Assembly: GCA_964648855.1 (NCBI GenBank)
Contig: CAZYLT010000021.1
Coordinates: 10,218 to 42,217 of the forward strand
Direction of reading: 5' to 3'
Source: an uncultured archaeon
GTDB taxonomy: Archaea > Asgardarchaeota > Thorarchaeia > Thorarchaeales > Thorarchaeaceae
DNA: 32,000 nucleotides
A program made the position numbers and the translations under genes. Below, in pieces: positions 15,023-26,163 of this stretch. The stretch's first letter is position 1, and each line of letters begins with the position of its first letter. The notes below the pieces were generated by a model that was not told the DNA's origin, made no database searches, and worked only from the letters and a program-made list of their open reading frames with translations.

Positions 15023-15401
15023 GTTTTGTAGCTGGAATGGTTGAGCATAAATGCATCTTGGTCATTGAGAGGCTGAATGTGTTCGCAGAGAGCCAAGATA
15101 TTCTCATCTATTCACGCGTCCTGTTTCCACCACTGACCTCATTTCATCGAAAGGTCTTGATCCAAAACGTCTTCCTCTGTCTCTTGAAATAGCGATCTCC
15201 GCAACAAGCCAGATTGGCATCGACCAAATGTAAATTAGACTCTGTAACTCGATGAATTAGGCAATAGTTCTACACACATTGAGACAAGATTGGGAAATAG
15301 ATGATGAACTAATTTTGGGCAGATTTATGAGGGATAACTATAATCACTATACAGGGAAATGTCACGTCTGAATCAACACTATCCCAATCTATTTTCTGCT
15401 G

Positions 15402-16643
15402 ATGACACAGGTGAGACCGAGTTTGGTGGAGCATAACAAAAAACCCGAATCTGATGAAATCATAGACCATGTGTCATATGAGCCTATCTCAGTTCGCGAG
15501 ATTCTCGCTAAGATGAAGACTTACTCCGAACTCATGCTTGACCTTGCTTATTCATCTATCTTGTTTTCAAATCTAGAGCTTACAAAGTGGGTCATGGAAT
15601 TAGAGGAAGAGGTAGATCAGCTAGGCTATCAGCTTCTAATGTCACTCTCTCTCTCAATTCGCGACAAAGATGATGCTGAACTCGCCGTAGGCCTATTTCG
15701 TGTGGCCGGATCAACAAACAAGGTTTCCGACGCGGCAGCGGACATAGCTAGATTGGCTCGGAAAACCGGACAGGTGAATCCACTCATTCAAGATATGTTC
15801 AGATATGTGGAAGAACATCTCAGAGAGATAGAATTTGTTGAAGAATCAACTTTGATCGGCTCTAGCATAGGAAACCTATGGGATGAATACGACATCAATG
15901 TCGACACAATCGCAGTCCGAAGAAACGGAAAATGGACTGTAGACCCTAATCGCGATTGGGTCTTCAAGGAAGGAGATGTCGCATTTGTGAGAGGGTCACC
16001 AAGAGAAGTAACAGAGATTCTTCATATGACATCAGGAAAGGGGCATGGGGTTCCCGAGAGCGAAACTCAAGAGCCTGAGGACTGCCTAGAACGCCTTCTA
16101 CTAGATATGAAAGAAACCTCAGAGTTCATGGTATCTTTGGCTTTTGCGGCCGTGAAATATCGTGACTCTGAATTGGCAAAAGAGGTTGGGGAATTAGAAG
16201 AAAGAGTTGACAGACAATGCGATGCCGCCATAAGAGAAATCCTTGCGAGAGAAAGCGAAGTCGTTAATCGAAGGCTAGATTTGATTCGGCTGGTGATAGC
16301 GAGCGAGCAGATTGCTGATGCTGCTTGGGAAATGGCTGCTGTTCAACTGAGTGGCCTAAAAACACATCCTATTATCGCTTCAATAGCTGATGAAGCTGAG
16401 GAGATTGTAAGTCGCGTTATAATACAACCTGAGTCGAGTTTGGCAGGCCGAACACTCCGAGAATTGGCGTTGGATGATAACTATGGAATCTATGTATTGA
16501 CGGTGCGGCGTGAGGGTCACTGGTTCCATCGCCCACCGGCCGATTTCACCCTTCGAGAGGGTGATGTGTTGGTCTTTGACGGCTATAAGGAGGGACTGGA
16601 AGACATCAGAAATCTTGCAGACCCTAGCAACGCACAAGAATAG
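15402..16643 (+). CDS. Tandem (PhoU-like + TrkA-C) x2 regulatory protein
   Basis: Two repeats MK..SE.M..LA...ELEE.VD...DAA, each followed by a TrkA-C motif (SSLAGRTLREL...VRREG...LREGDVL). Confidence 0.8.
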   Translation: MTQVRPSLVEHNKKPESDEIIDHVSYEPISVREILAKMKTYSELMLDLAYSSILFSNLELTKWVMELEEEVDQLGYQLLMSLSLSIRDKDDAELAVGLFRVAGSTNKVSDAAADIARLARKTGQVNPLIQDMFRYVEEHLREIEFVEESTLIGSSIGNLWDEYDINVDTIAVRRNGKWTVDPNRDWVFKEGDVAFVRGSPREVTEILHMTSGKGHGVPESETQEPEDCLERLLLDMKETSEFMVSLAFAAVKYRDSELAKEVGELEERVDRQCDAAIREILARESEVVNRRLDLIRLVIASEQIADAAWEMAAVQLSGLKTHPIIASIADEAEEIVSRVIIQPESSLAGRTLRELALDDNYGIYVLTVRREGHWFHRPPADFTLREGDVLVFDGYKEGLEDIRNLADPSNAQE

Positions 16644-16752
16644 ATTTCTTCCAAGTTCCAACCACCTATAAGTTTCATTGTTATTGATTCCGCCGGTGGT
16701 GATCGCTTACTCAGATTCAGCTATGCCTAAATGCCAAGTTGATTTTCCGATT

Positions 16753-17961
16753 TCAAACTATAAGCAATAAGGCAAACAGCAATGACACCGAGGTCAAACC
16801 ATCGGCAATAGCCGACCCCACAGGTATTACAAAGTTGTCAGGATCCAACCCTCGATTATAGGTAAATATGGTCAAGAAGATTGAAATGAAAATCATGGCA
16901 CTAACAGAGAGAATATTCGTGATGAACAAGCGTCCCATGAACGGCAGTAATATGCTAAACTGAAATATGCCAAAGAGGGTTGCAGATATTATTCCATAGA
17001 TAAAAAACATGGTAAGAGATGCACCCCATGCGGAACCAATCTCTCCAAATTGGTGGGTGAATGATTTTAGCTTTGCGTCGATGATACCCAAATTCAGCTT
17101 TGTGGTTGATGTGGATCCGATGATTGAACCCACATCCCCTACAGTGTCGATGATTGCCGGGTAGACCACATAGATATGAGGAACATCGGCCACGACTTGG
17201 CTAATTCGATTAAGTGCGGAGCCCGCAATATTCACGAAGATTCCTATTATGAGAAGCACACTTAGAAACTCCATAACGGTTCTTCTTAGCAAATCTTGGT
17301 TGCGATTATCCCAAGTGATTTTCAGGGTCATCGCAAGGAATATCACTGCAATAATAATGACGGCGCTCATGGGAATGGATGATGTTGAGAGGGCAATAAT
17401 TCCCACATAGATAATTGTCACAAAAATATCAGCCACAGTTGATATGACAGGATAAGTAACTACATCAGGGTCAAGCCCTCGCTGCAATGAAAAGAATGAA
17501 ACGAGGATAGTTATTGGCGAGATAACTATGAATGAAACGGCTATGGTAGTGAGCATCACAAAAAACATGGCCATAATCTCGTATATGTTCAAACCAACAA
17601 GAAATACGCCAAAGCCACAGGCATATGCCCACATCATTAGCGCAGATATCATAGAAACTGATGCCATAGTGCTAATCAGTCCATAGAACATTTCCGTATT
17701 TCCAGTCAATGTGGGCTTCACTGTTCCCAGATGCAAGGCTGTAGAAAGCCGTCCGCTGAAGACTCCTCCAAGAGAGCCTCTAACAGTAAGGATTGTGGGA
17801 TAAAGCAATAACCCCCAAGTGACGCTTGTGATTATGGACGTAGAAGCTGCGAGCAATAGACCCGCAACCAGTCCTCCTAGGTTGAAAGCGAGCGACATGA
17901 TGGACCTGCCATAGAATTGTCCCGCCTTCCTCACATTTGTCGGAATCCGTATCATTTCCAT
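16753..17961 (-). CDS. MgtE/SLC41-type divalent cation transporter, duplicated membrane domain
   Basis: SGRLSTALHLG, GLDPDVVTYPVISTVAD and GLDPDNFVIP...IAD. Probable start 17961 after GGAAGGTG. Confidence 0.85.
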   Translation of the reverse strand: MEMIRIPTNVRKAGQFYGRSIMSLAFNLGGLVAGLLLAASTSIITSVTWGLLLYPTILTVRGSLGGVFSGRLSTALHLGTVKPTLTGNTEMFYGLISTMASVSMISALMMWAYACGFGVFLVGLNIYEIMAMFFVMLTTIAVSFIVISPITILVSFFSLQRGLDPDVVTYPVISTVADIFVTIIYVGIIALSTSSIPMSAVIIIAVIFLAMTLKITWDNRNQDLLRRTVMEFLSVLLIIGIFVNIAGSALNRISQVVADVPHIYVVYPAIIDTVGDVGSIIGSTSTTKLNLGIIDAKLKSFTHQFGEIGSAWGASLTMFFIYGIISATLFGIFQFSILLPFMGRLFITNILSVSAMIFISIFLTIFTYNRGLDPDNFVIPVGSAIADGLTSVSLLFALLLIV

Positions 17962-18364
17962 CACCTTCCTCCAAGGGGGTTTCACCTCTGAAAATATACA
18001 CCTGTGCCAAGTTGTTCGTTACAGGGGAATTAATGCTCGATTGATATTGTGTATCAATAGATTTGCGACAGCTGTGATGATATAGTAGTTTTGCAGACAT
18101 CACAACTGCAATCTCAAGAAGCTGGCACTGGTCCTGCGATTTCATGTAGACGTTACTCACAATCCTCGATGCAATAAAATAAGGCTTTCTTTCCAAGTTA
18201 TCTTATGTCATCCTCTTGATACAGTCACTTCACGCATGAATCCTATCTTGAGGACTAGGAGTTCCACAATCAACTGCCCCTCCGTTGTACAAACGACCGT
18301 ACAAATTCGCTTGAGAGTTCTCATGTCTTAAATTAAATCCTATATGTGGTGGCGAGGATAAACA

Positions 18365-19172
18365 TTGCTCTCTAAATGGATTATGAATAATCGCGTATGT
18401 CATCCTTCCTATGCGTTATCATGGCTAATTGCCCTTGCTATGATTTTGGCTTTCAATGAAATAGTCCCCATAGATATTCCATTCTTTCTGCACTGTATTA
18501 TTCCTTTAGGCCCCTTACTGTTGGCACTGATTGTGAGCCGGGTTACTGATAATCCGGAGGAGCTCTGAGATTTACTGAATGGGTATCCAAGTGGCGGGTC
18601 CCCCTCTTTTGATTGCTTTAGATGTTCTGCCTGTTTGAGGTCTGTATTTCTTCTCAGGAGCACTCAATATGGCCTTACGTCAGGCATGGTCGAGCCTTTC
18701 ATTTTTTGGTAACATTATGTACACGCCCTACCTGACTTTCCTTGGTGCTTGGCTCTTCTGGGTCATCACTTTCGGGATCGGTGAAGAAGCCGCGTGAAGA
18801 GGGTTTCTTTTACACAATCTCCGGAATAAGTACACCCCACTGCTTTCCAGTTTCATCGTAGGGGTGATTTGGACTGGGTGACATCTTCCGATGTTGTTCT
18901 ATCATGAGAATGTCATTTCGATGGGCATCATGGGGATAACATTCTGGATGATTGGACTACTCTTAGGTTCAATCCTTTTGACATGGCTATACAACACTAC
19001 CAGAAGCAGTATTCTCAAGACTGCAATATTGCATGGAACGTTCAATCTCTTTGCAGGCGCGGCTGGCGAAGAGTCAAGGATGATTTCGGGAATAGTCAGC
19101 ATTCTTGTGATTTTTTGGGCACTTCTCTTATTGACGATTAGGAAAAAGGAAGTCATATTTCATCCGAGATGA
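18365..19172 (+). pseudogene. CPBP (Abi/CAAX type II) intramembrane metalloprotease pseudogene
   Basis: GIGEEAA*RGFLL...GVIWTG*HLP...AILHGTFN, with stops at 18795-18797 and 18879-18881 and frameshifts upstream. Confidence 0.85.
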
Positions 19173-19434
19173 CCAAAGCACTAGATTCGCGATTATGGAA
19201 AGCAGTCTATGTTGGATTTTTTCATCTATGGTCTGCTTCTATCATTCACTCATAGAAGAAGAGCGTGAGTTAGAGAGATTAGAATGAAAATGTATTGATA
19301 GTCAGAATACGAGTGTTATGCGAAGATGCATGTCCTCAACTCTTATTTCTAATCCACATATTCGGTTGATTAACCATCCCGCAATGACAATTCATCATGG
19401 GTTATAGGAGCCAATATTACCATGATAGGATCAC

Positions 19435-20055
19435 CTAGGTCTGGCTCTCATCAAGAATTACAACATCGGTATTGCTGAAAAGGCTAAGATTCACGTCTTC
19501 AATCGAATTTCTGCTAATATCAATTGTCTGCAAATGTGGGCAATTCCTTAGAGGAGAAAGATCCACACTTCTCAGCTGATTAGAGCTGAGGTTAATCTCT
19601 GTCAATTCTCGACAACGTTGCAAAGGACTGAGATCAATTTCCTCTAACAGGTTGCCCTTTAGATACAGTCCTTTCAGCTCGAAACAATACCTGAGCGGCT
19701 CAAGGTCGATTGCATGTATCCTGTTCCTATTGAGTGATAGCGCAACCAGATGCCTACAAAAACTCAGTGGGGTTAGATCTATGGACTCTAGTTCATTGCT
19801 GTACAAATGCAAGTATTGGAGGGCCTCACAGGATGCTAGGGGTCTAATATCGATTTCACGTATCTTATTGGACCCCAATCTTAGCCTGCGCAGTCTAGTG
19901 ACTGAATTAAGAGGATTAAGGTCAATTACATCAATAGATTCTCCTGCAAGATTTATCTCTTCCAGATTCTTTGAAATATTTGTTTCATGGGTTTCTCCGT
20001 CAATTTCATATTTCAGGAGAATACTGTTGCTTTCAGCATCTCTCATTGCATTCAA
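19435..20055 (-). CDS. Leucine-rich repeat protein (22-aa repeats)
   Basis: About 7 repeats of LxxLxLxxNxIxxIDLxPLxxC. Confidence 0.9.
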   Translation of the reverse strand: MNAMRDAESNSILLKYEIDGETHETNISKNLEEINLAGESIDVIDLNPLNSVTRLRRLRLGSNKIREIDIRPLASCEALQYLHLYSNELESIDLTPLSFCRHLVALSLNRNRIHAIDLEPLRYCFELKGLYLKGNLLEEIDLSPLQRCRELTEINLSSNQLRSVDLSPLRNCPHLQTIDISRNSIEDVNLSLFSNTDVVILDESQT

Positions 20056-20217
20056 CGTCTTCTCAGAATCAGATGCAATAGCAATACATGATGTTTACGG
20101 AAATTCCCGTTTTGTCCCTCAAGCCTTTTTAATAGGCTCATAGTTTTAGCATATACGGTCCCACATTTCCTAGTAGTTCTACACTGTTTTAGGTGGGCTA
20201 CCAACCAGGTGCATTTG

Positions 20218-21201
20218 ATGGTTCATGCAATTGAGGTCGAAAACCTTACCAAGAAATTCGGCGATTTTGTGGCGGTTGACAATATATCATTCAATGTCGA
20301 ACAAGGGGAGATTTTTGGATTCTTAGGTCCCAACGGTGCAGGGAAGACGACCACCACGCGCATGCTCACTGGCATATCTACTCCAACAGCGGGAACCGCG
20401 AGAATCATGGGTCACGACATCCGGAACCAGGCTTTCCAAGCGAAGGAATTGATGGGGGTAGTGACGGACTTATCAAATGTATATAATGAGTTGAGCGCGT
20501 GGGATAATCTGATTTTCACGGCAAAGCTCTATGGTATTCCACGAGGTCAAAGAGGGGAAAGGGCAGAAGAGCTCCTTGAGATGTTTGGGCTCTCGGACGT
20601 TAAGAATCAGGATGTAGCTGAGTTCTCTGGCGGAATGAAACGTCGTCTAACAATTGCAATGGCACTCATCAATGAAGCAAAGGTGCTATTTCTCGATGAA
20701 CCCACCGCAGCTTTGGATGTTCAGAGTGTAAGAACCATACGGAATCTGATTTATCAACTGAACGAGGAAGGAACGACAATATTTCTCACAACACATCATA
20801 TGGCAGAGGCAAGTGAACTCTGTGACCGAATAGCCATCATAAACCAGGGAGAAATTGGTATAATCGACAGTCCCGAACGACTGAAGCAGACAATAGAGAG
20901 AACGCATTCAATCGAAGTGACACTGACCGAATCCAGTCGGGAAATCATACAGGGTCTGGAAAGGTTAAACTCGGTTCGAAATGCTAAGAAACACGGTGAT
21001 AAGTTACGTCTCTACACTGATACCCCAACCGATACCATATCGGATGTCTTCCAATTTTCTCAGGAGCGAAAGATCGGGATTCTCAGCATTAACACCTTGA
21101 GTCCAAGTTTGGAAGACGTGTTTCTAGAATTGACTGGTGAGAAGATTGTGGAACGACCGAAGAAGGGTGGGGCTGGAAAACAGAAAGGGAAAATGAGGTA
21201 A
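20218..21201 (+). CDS. ABC-2 (DrrA/NodI-like) ATP-binding protein
   Basis: GPNGAGKTT, FSGGMKRR, LFLDEPT, TTH, C-terminal PSLEDVFL. Confidence 0.93.
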   Translation: MVHAIEVENLTKKFGDFVAVDNISFNVEQGEIFGFLGPNGAGKTTTTRMLTGISTPTAGTARIMGHDIRNQAFQAKELMGVVTDLSNVYNELSAWDNLIFTAKLYGIPRGQRGERAEELLEMFGLSDVKNQDVAEFSGGMKRRLTIAMALINEAKVLFLDEPTAALDVQSVRTIRNLIYQLNEEGTTIFLTTHHMAEASELCDRIAIINQGEIGIIDSPERLKQTIERTHSIEVTLTESSREIIQGLERLNSVRNAKKHGDKLRLYTDTPTDTISDVFQFSQERKIGILSINTLSPSLEDVFLELTGEKIVERPKKGGAGKQKGKMR

Positions 21202-21205
21202 GAAG

Positions 21206-21976
21206 ATGAGCTCACGTGACAAAATACACATAAGAATGGGAAAGGAGCTATCCCGTGCTTGGGCAATTGCATGGAAAGACATACGCGCCTATTACGCATC
21301 GCCCCCCACGTTGATGTTTGGAATTCTGTTTCCTTTTGCTCTCTTCTTTACCTTTACAATCGGAAGAAATCTTCCAGTAGACCGGATGTTACCAATCCTT
21401 TTTGCTCAGACAATCTTTTGGGCGTCTTCTACAGTGGGCCCAGTTGTCATTCCCCTTGAACGTCGCATGAAGACATTCGATAGATATCTTAGCGCACCAA
21501 TGTCACTCATGTCTGTTATTCTGGGTAAATCGATGGCTGGCTTCATCTACGGTGCAGTTGTTTCAGTAGTACCCTTGATTACAGGCTTCTTTTTGTTTGG
21601 ATTTTCATTAGTGGCAATAATTCCCTTCTTTTTGGGAATTGTGCTCTCATGTGTTGCGTTTGCAGCTATGGGCATTATGTTCGCGTCTGTTCCTACCGAG
21701 TCGGTTGGCAATATCATGATGCCCATGAACTTCATACGAATTCCACTTCTCTTCATCAGTGGTATCTTCATTCCTATCACTGACCTTCCCCCAATTGGGC
21801 AGGCGATTTCATTGCTCTCTCCTTTGACACATACCCTGATTCTAATTCGGCAAGGTATGGGCAATGAAACATTCTTGTTTCCTACGGAGATCAGTGTGCT
21901 GGTTCTTGTATTAACCAGCATTGTCTTCCTCTATATCAGCAAGCAATTTCATGAAATAAACAAGAAACGTGAGTAG
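21206..21976 (+). CDS. ABC-2 type permease
   Basis: Six hydrophobic segments; ERRMKTFDRYLSAP, FISGIFIP, LSPLTH. Confidence 0.9.
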   Translation: MSSRDKIHIRMGKELSRAWAIAWKDIRAYYASPPTLMFGILFPFALFFTFTIGRNLPVDRMLPILFAQTIFWASSTVGPVVIPLERRMKTFDRYLSAPMSLMSVILGKSMAGFIYGAVVSVVPLITGFFLFGFSLVAIIPFFLGIVLSCVAFAAMGIMFASVPTESVGNIMMPMNFIRIPLLFISGIFIPITDLPPIGQAISLLSPLTHTLILIRQGMGNETFLFPTEISVLVLVLTSIVFLYISKQFHEINKKRE

Positions 21977-22040
21977 GATTACAAATAGCACTTGACTGTA
22001 GGAGAGATGAAATCCACCTCTACCTTCGTTCAAAGCCTAT

Positions 22041-23456
22041 TCAATTACTACTACATCTCGCTCTGGACACATCAGTTTCTCTCTCAACTTTCCCTCGAAC
22101 CACTGAGGCAAACATGCCGATGAAACATAGAATTGAAAACACCATAAACAATAATTGAATGCTGTTGATGAGGTCTGGAATTACAGAAGGGGTGATTTGA
22201 ACAGATCCAATGACAATAGAGAAGATGACCGTTATAATCGCCATGCTCGTCATCTGCCCAATGACTCTCATTGTGGAAACCGTGGCACTAGCTACACCAT
22301 AGAACTCCTTTGACAAACTACTCATAACCGCATTAGTATTTGGTGATGAAAAGAATGCTAGGCTAAATCCAAGAAATACAAGATTGGCTGCCACTCTGAA
22401 AACAGTAGAATCACTACCTATCATGGATAGGATTGCGAGAGAAAGAGATGTCAGGCCCATACCCATAGATGCAACGATTCGCGGCTGAACTCTATCGGAA
22501 ATTCTTCCTGCAAGGGGAGAGAAAATAGCCATGAAGACAGGCTGACAGATAAGAACAAGTCCTGCCTCCTGAGGCTCTAAGCCCGTAACATACTGTAGAA
22601 AGAAACTCATTAGAAAGCCAACACCGAATGTGGCTGCATAATTCAGCAGAGCTGCAAGATTTGAGAATGAATATCTTCTATTTCTTCTGAATAGTGCGAC
22701 ATCTAACACTGGACTCTGCGCCCTCATCTCCCAATAAATGAAGATAATGAGTAAGGCAAACCCACCAAGAATAATGATACCCGTTTCATAGATATTGGAG
22801 AGGCCATACATGATGAGTGCCAGCATTCCGCCATAAAGAATAGCACCAACCACATCGAAGCTCTCCCCTTTAGCACCGGCCCATTCCTCCTTGAGCACAA
22901 TCGCCGCCACGACGATTGTTACTAGCCCAACTGGAATGTTTACGGCAAAGACGCTTCTCCAGCCAAAATTTCTGGTCAGCACACCTCCCATGGAAGGTCC
23001 TAGACTCAAGGCAACATATACTGCTGCGGCATTTATGCCAATCATCTTTCCCTTCTGATCAGGGGGAAATACTGAAACAAGCATCGCAATCCCAGTAGCA
23101 TAAATCATGCTCGCCCCAATGCCTTGAAGCACTCGAAAGGCAATCAACTGGTATATTGAATCAATTATGGCACACAGTCCTGAAGCAGCTGTATAGATGA
23201 CCGCCCCGCTAATGAACACTAAGCGTCTGCCTTTGATATCTGCCAGTCTGCCAAATGGAACAAGAAACATGGCGGCTGCAAACAGGTAGGAAGCTGCTAC
23301 CCAGCTCAGCAGTATGGCATCAGCTGCAAACTCCGTGCTAATGGATGGCAATGCGATATTGATTGATGAGGACATAAAGGGTGTTAGAAATGAAGCCAGT
23401 ACGGATACAACCAAAACCGCCGTTTGAGTCCTATTCATAAAACGGGTCTCCAGCAA
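22041..23456 (-). CDS. MFS drug:H+ antiporter (DHA2-like, ~14 TMS)
   Basis: GRLADIKGRR motif A, FRVLQGIG, GWRSVFAVNIPVG. Confidence 0.92.
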   Translation of the reverse strand: MLETRFMNRTQTAVLVVSVLASFLTPFMSSSINIALPSISTEFAADAILLSWVAASYLFAAAMFLVPFGRLADIKGRRLVFISGAVIYTAASGLCAIIDSIYQLIAFRVLQGIGASMIYATGIAMLVSVFPPDQKGKMIGINAAAVYVALSLGPSMGGVLTRNFGWRSVFAVNIPVGLVTIVVAAIVLKEEWAGAKGESFDVVGAILYGGMLALIMYGLSNIYETGIIILGGFALLIIFIYWEMRAQSPVLDVALFRRNRRYSFSNLAALLNYAATFGVGFLMSFFLQYVTGLEPQEAGLVLICQPVFMAIFSPLAGRISDRVQPRIVASMGMGLTSLSLAILSMIGSDSTVFRVAANLVFLGFSLAFFSSPNTNAVMSSLSKEFYGVASATVSTMRVIGQMTSMAIITVIFSIVIGSVQITPSVIPDLINSIQLLFMVFSILCFIGMFASVVRGKVERETDVSRARCSSN

Positions 23457-23596
23457 GCATATCTGTCTAGCGCTTATTTGTTCCTTAAGAGTATAGCTTG
23501 ATAATGATGCTCTTGTAATAGGGAACGAAATCCAGTATCCTCACAGCGCTGGCTTAGCCTGACGCAGTGGGGTCCAACAGGAAGAAAATTGACCGG

Positions 23597-24265
23597 CTAG
23601 TCAAGCAGCTCTTCCCAATCCATCACAACCCTGGTTGCGCCTCTATTCAGATAATCTTCAGTAGAGAAGGCTCTTGGTCGGTAGAATCCCACTCTCTCGG
23701 GAATATCAAAATCTCTATACACACGGAAGTAATCTGGATGGTCATCAATGACTCTAAAGATGTCATACTCTTCTGATATTCTTGACATCACTCGACGTCG
23801 TGCATCAACCAAATCAAAGCCGACAAGTCGTTCCATGGACTCCTGGTATTCCTCAAGAGTAACCAAAATCCGCTCGGTTCCTCTTATGGGATTGTCGAAT
23901 CTCATCAACTGATCCTTTAGTTCATCACTCGCTGGGTCTAGAAGATCGCTGACATAGACGATCTGGTATTCGTCTTTCCAAGATTTCAGCACATCCGATG
24001 CGGAAGGTATCTCTTCCGCTTTACCAAGAAACTTGCATTCTTCCTTACACAGAAGTAAATCCCAATACTCGTTTACGAGGTCATCAATGCGTTTTCTTTG
24101 CTTTTTGGACCCATATCTCTCTATCATTCGAACTGGTTCCAATGAAATTGCATCCTCTAGAATGACATCGCGACCTAGAAGATCCTGCCAGACCTCTCTT
24201 GTTCTCTCTCGCATATCCAACAAAGTGTCTTCGACATCTACTACAATTGCTTTCTCGTCTGTCAT
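23597..24265 (-). CDS. HAD-superfamily-like protein
   Basis: IVVDVEDTLLD (variant motif I), IVYVS, VIDDHP. Confidence 0.65.
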   Translation of the reverse strand: MTDEKAIVVDVEDTLLDMRERTREVWQDLLGRDVILEDAISLEPVRMIERYGSKKQRKRIDDLVNEYWDLLLCKEECKFLGKAEEIPSASDVLKSWKDEYQIVYVSDLLDPASDELKDQLMRFDNPIRGTERILVTLEEYQESMERLVGFDLVDARRRVMSRISEEYDIFRVIDDHPDYFRVYRDFDIPERVGFYRPRAFSTEDYLNRGATRVVMDWEELLD

Positions 24266-24441
24266 GATTTTCTGGCCTCTATTATAGACTCATGGGTCTA
24301 GGGATTAATGAAATATCCGGAATGGTGTTTTATTTCTGTCGAATGCCCCATTACATCCCCTCTCAGCCTCAGAAAAGAGTGTTCCTCTCTTAGAATAAGC
24401 CAAAATGAGGGAATTCCTCCAGATTCTGTACACAACTCTGA

Positions 24442-24747
24442 CTATATTGTCGCTTTCTGTATTCCATAGAGTACAGACATCCCTGCAACGAACGAGATGC
24501 CTGATAGCAGTATGATGTCACCAAGATACATTGGTACCTGTCCTAAAAACGCCGCCAACGAACCGAACCATGAAACGATGGTGATAATCAGCATAAGCCC
24601 AAAAGTAATGGAGGCATATCCATACATTCTGCTTTTCTTAACAAAATCTTGGTCCTCTCTGAAACCTAAAATAAAGAAAATTAGGGCTATGAGATATCCA
24701 AGCGCCAAAACACCTGGCATAGATATTGTCATCATCACATCCTGCAA
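24442..24747 (-). CDS. Small 3-TM membrane protein
   Basis: Three hydrophobic segments; GGAG upstream of the start. Confidence 0.65.
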   Translation of the reverse strand: MQDVMMTISMPGVLALGYLIALIFFILGFREDQDFVKKSRMYGYASITFGLMLIITIVSWFGSLAAFLGQVPMYLGDIILLSGISFVAGMSVLYGIQKATI

Positions 24748-24859
24748 TTATGACTCCTCTCCTATGATTTGCATCTCTGGTCATTTAAGGATTGGCTCAG
24801 AAGTATGGAACTTGAGTTTTCCAAAAAGGAGAGCTTACAATCAAGACTCGGCCAGAATA

Positions 24860-25393
24860 TCATACTCTTGTCAAGTACTCTGGAGGGACATATTTCGTTA
24901 GAAAAACCTCATTATCCGAGAGAAAGAAATCATATCCATCTTCCTGCATGCCTTTTGCATCTATTTCAAGTACAATGGGCTTGCCATGTCTTCTTCCCAC
25001 CGATTTGGCACTCTCAAGATCTTTTGAGAGGTGCACGTGATGGCGACCTTTGCTCTCTAAGCCGTGTTTCATAATGGAAGTCATATTCCTTTGTGCGGTT
25101 CCATGATAGAGGCTGTCCGGTGGAGTTACCCTTTCGAAGTCTATATTTACGTCCACCGAATGCCCTTGATTTGCTCGAATCCGTGAGTATGTTTCATCTT
25201 CGAATGAGTATCTCCCCTTTTCGTCCTCTTCGACTATTTCTACTAATTCTGGCAGGGAGATTTTCAGTCTATCTAATATGCTCCCAGTCCCAATCCAGCC
25301 GCCATCTTTGTCAATCTCTATTTCCCCTTCTTTGGGAACATGTCTCAACAAATATGCCAGATGTCGACTGATACGTTCCTTATTTGAGTGCAT
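24860..25393 (-). CDS. kptA: RNA 2'-phosphotransferase (Tpt1/KptA)
   Basis: LLRH, KGRY, IRANQGHS, LYHGT, RHHVHLS. Confidence 0.95.
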   Translation of the reverse strand: MHSNKERISRHLAYLLRHVPKEGEIEIDKDGGWIGTGSILDRLKISLPELVEIVEEDEKGRYSFEDETYSRIRANQGHSVDVNIDFERVTPPDSLYHGTAQRNMTSIMKHGLESKGRHHVHLSKDLESAKSVGRRHGKPIVLEIDAKGMQEDGYDFFLSDNEVFLTKYVPPEYLTRV

Positions 25394-25484
25394 AGTTAAA
25401 GTACTCGTGGTGGCCTAAATCATCATTTCCGTCGCGCAACGAAGATTCACCTAAAATCTACAAGCTTCTGTCTATCAGTTGAAT

Positions 25485-25904
25485 TCATCCCGTTTTTCCA
25501 ATAAAAGTCATAGAAACACGTCGCGACCGAGGGCCATCTCCCTCAACAAATAGAACTCTTTGCCACGTTCCCATTGAGAGGCTTCCAGAGTTTATCGGAA
25601 TGGTTTCGGATGGGCTCACTATGCTGGTCATGATATGCGAGTGAGCATTGCTGTCAATCCTATCGTGCTTATACCCTGCCCCTGGGGGAACAATTTCCTT
25701 GAGTTGTGACTCAATATCTTGCAGGAGACCGCTCTCCGCCTCGTTGATTACAATACCTGCAGTCGTATGCACACTGAATGCTAGAATAATCCCCTCTTGG
25801 CATCTCTTTTCAGAAACCCAGCCTTGGATACTTGACGTGATATCAGTGACTTCAATCGCTTGGTTGGTCTTGACTCGTATCTCACCGTGAATGATTTCTG
25901 ACAT
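25485..25904 (-). CDS. yjbQ: YjbQ/UPF0047 family protein
   Basis: HTTAGIVINE, NAHSHI, GTWQRVLFVEGDGPR; probable start MSEII at 25904. Confidence 0.92.
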   Translation of the reverse strand: MSEIIHGEIRVKTNQAIEVTDITSSIQGWVSEKRCQEGIILAFSVHTTAGIVINEAESGLLQDIESQLKEIVPPGAGYKHDRIDSNAHSHIMTSIVSPSETIPINSGSLSMGTWQRVLFVEGDGPRSRRVSMTFIGKTG

Positions 25905-26163
25905 AATTTCACCCGTCTTATGGTTCAATGAATATGAATCTTTGATAACTAACTTTCGGATTCTGAAAGATTTCTCCATCTATTTACCAACTATTGGTTT
26001 GTCAAGATACCAGGATTGCTGAAATGCGAATGAAATTGCCTCTCTGTCTCAAAATCGGCGAGTTCAGTATCACAAGCCTTTTTTGATAATCTCCTGACGC
26101 AAGAATCGGGAGCGCGAGAAGAAATTCTCCAGACAGAACTTCGACCAAATGTGAGGCGTCTCA

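Noticed and set aside
16648-18198. Other TTCCAAG matches (~16649, ~18191) as tRNA scars
   Set aside because: No T-arm or acceptor-stem similarity follows; such short matches are expected by chance.
24860-25393. KptA as part of the tRNA-fragment system
   Set aside because: It is about 13 kb from the last clear scar, sits among housekeeping genes, and is widespread in archaea.
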